Shown: positions 33,531-34,820 of the stretch, one piece after another
How positions within the stretch are numbered: the first letter of the stretch is position 1
How the letters are laid out: each line of letters opens with the position of its first letter
Source: a virus
Lineage: Duplodnaviria; Caudoviricetes
Reading direction: 5' to 3' (one strand)
DNA: 34,820 bases
IMG/VR virus record: IMGVR_UViG_3300044795_000002
Span: 1-34,820 of that record
Notes under the pieces: model-generated
Seen by the model: the letters and a program-made list of their open reading frames with translations, nothing else
Database searches by the model: none
Told to the model about the DNA's origin: nothing
Translations under genes and position numbers: made by a program

Positions 33531-34820
33531 CAGCTAAGCTCCTGCATAGAACCCCAGTTCTTGCCGACTGACAGTTCTGCGAGATATGGAAAGTCCCAGC
33601 CGATTGCATCCTTAGCTGCTGTTTCCATGCATTCCTGTAGCAACTGAGCTACCTCGTCCACGTACTGTTCACGACAGTTTACCAAGATTGAATCGTGAAC
33701 TGTAATCCGCGGCTGAGCGACACTCCAATCGACTCTATCCGCAAAGTTACACAATGCCCAGAGTGTAATATTTGCCGCGATATTCTGAGGCAGAAAGTTG
33801 ATTCCTTCCTTGACCACATGAAGTCGTGCGCTTTCGTCGGCGGGGATAACATAAAACCTGCGCTTGTGACCGAATGGTGACTGAAGCTCGCCAAGTGTCA
33901 TCACCGCCTGTTCTATCGATTTAGTCCATTTCCACACATCAGGGAATCTATCCCACCAGAAGTCTAGGAACCGTTGAGCTTCATCCTGTGGCATATGATA
34001 CATCTGTGCAAATGAGAAGGCCGATTGCCAATACGCCACACCGAAGTTGATGTTCTTGGATCTCACGTATTGCTCATACGTGTAATCATCACCATAGAAC
34101 TCAGCCGCTACTTCTTTGTGGAGTGACCTATTGCTATCAAGGTAGATACCCCTAAGAGTTTCGTCTCCAGATAGAACAGCGATCGTGCGGAGTTCCGCTT
34201 GTGATAGATCACCGGAAATGAAAACGCATCCTGCATCCGGTATGAAACAAGAACGTATATTGGGTAGTCCTTCCTTAGTACGAGTGATGTTTTGGAGATT
34301 AGGATTGGCCGAGGAAAGTCTACCGCTTTCGGTTCCGTGGATTTTGAAGTCTGTGTAGATACGCCCATTTGGATAACGCTTGAGAACCAGCCCTTCAAGA
34401 TACCGACTCCTTTGAGTATCGAGAGCTTTGAAATCATCGAGAGTCTGCGTGAACTGGTCAATAGCCATACGTCCGTTGTCATCCAGGCTTGTGCGATACA
34501 AGCCTAACAACATGGCTTCGCGTACCCACTTGTCCGTTGAACGCTTGCCAAGCCGCTCAATCTGTGGACGCATCAGATCATGTGTGACCCCCCAATCGTC
34601 ATAGATCAGTGTCTCTAGCTGCTTAGGTGAGTTAGGATTGAGTCTAGGTCTACCTGCGATTTGACGCATGGAAGCCTTCTGCTCACGCAGCTTTGGGTAG
34701 ACCTCGTACTCTAGCAGATCACAAGCTCTCTCCGCATCGTACAGATTACCCTGTAGTTCGACACGTGTGAGAGTTTCGGATAACCTGAGCAGTATGCTAC
34801 GATACGGCTTGTCCCACACT
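33530..34820 (-). CDS. polA: Family A DNA polymerase, polymerase domain (5' part outside the window)
   Basis: GTESGRLSSANPNLQN; motif A DLSQAELR; motif B KNINFGVAY; NFLPQ; motif C VHDSI. Confidence 0.96.
   Translation of the reverse strand, partial: VWDKPYRSILLRLSETLTRVELQGNLYDAERACDLLEYEVYPKLREQKASMRQIAGRPRLNPNSPKQLETLIYDDWGVTHDLMRPQIERLGKRSTDKWVREAMLLGLYRTSLDDNGRMAIDQFTQTLDDFKALDTQRSRYLEGLVLKRYPNGRIYTDFKIHGTESGRLSSANPNLQNITRTKEGLPNIRSCFIPDAGCVFISGDLSQAELRTIAVLSGDETLRGIYLDSNRSLHKEVAAEFYGDDYTYEQYVRSKNINFGVAYWQSAFSFAQMYHMPQDEAQRFLDFWWDRFPDVWKWTKSIEQAVMTLGELQSPFGHKRRFYVIPADESARLHVVKEGINFLPQNIAANITLWALCNFADRVDWSVAQPRITVHDSILVNCREQYVDEVAQLLQECMETAAKDAIGWDFPYLAELSVGKNWGSMQELS

Noticed and set aside
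3117-34507. Numerous 60-200 aa alternative-frame and antisense ORFs in the track
   Set aside because: They lie within well-supported genes, lack SD sites and show no recognisable motifs.
2720-34820. Introns, inteins or stop-codon reassignment
   Set aside because: Terminase, capsid and the visible polymerase portion are of normal length and uninterrupted; TAA, TAG and TGA all end genes at sensible boundaries.

Overview
The window is most of the genome of a tailed dsDNA phage with a contractile tail (myovirus-type, Mu-like head module). Its host is probably Gram-positive or monoderm, most likely Actinomycetota; this is inferred from GAAC-N4-GTTC LexA boxes, AAAGGAGGTG ribosome-binding sites and an Rpf-like gene. 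Left end (1-1826, minus strand): four small unknown genes with individual promoter-like sites, plus a non-coding block holding a perfect 37-bp palindrome flanked by two LexA/SOS boxes. Middle (2082-31207, plus strand): terminases, portal, protease-scaffold, cement, major capsid, neck, sheath, tube, frameshifted chaperone, tape measure, LysM protein, multi-enzyme hub, spike-fibre fusion, three paralogous fibres, baseplate wedge and two more fibre-like genes. Right end (31283-34820, minus strand): family A DNA polymerase (partial), RuvC-like resolvase, amidase endolysin, holin-like gene and a stand-alone secreted Rpf-like transglycosylase. Most notable observations: (i) the secreted Rpf-like gene in the lysis cassette; (ii) the SOS-box-flanked palindrome; (iii) terminase and probably portal starting at non-canonical codons (CTG, ATA) that overlap the stops of tiny basic upstream ORFs; (iv) substitutions at normally conserved PolA motif B residues; (v) a modular fibre array with shared N-terminal tags and DNA microhomologies. 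All calls come from reading motifs and gene order by eye; no database searches were run.
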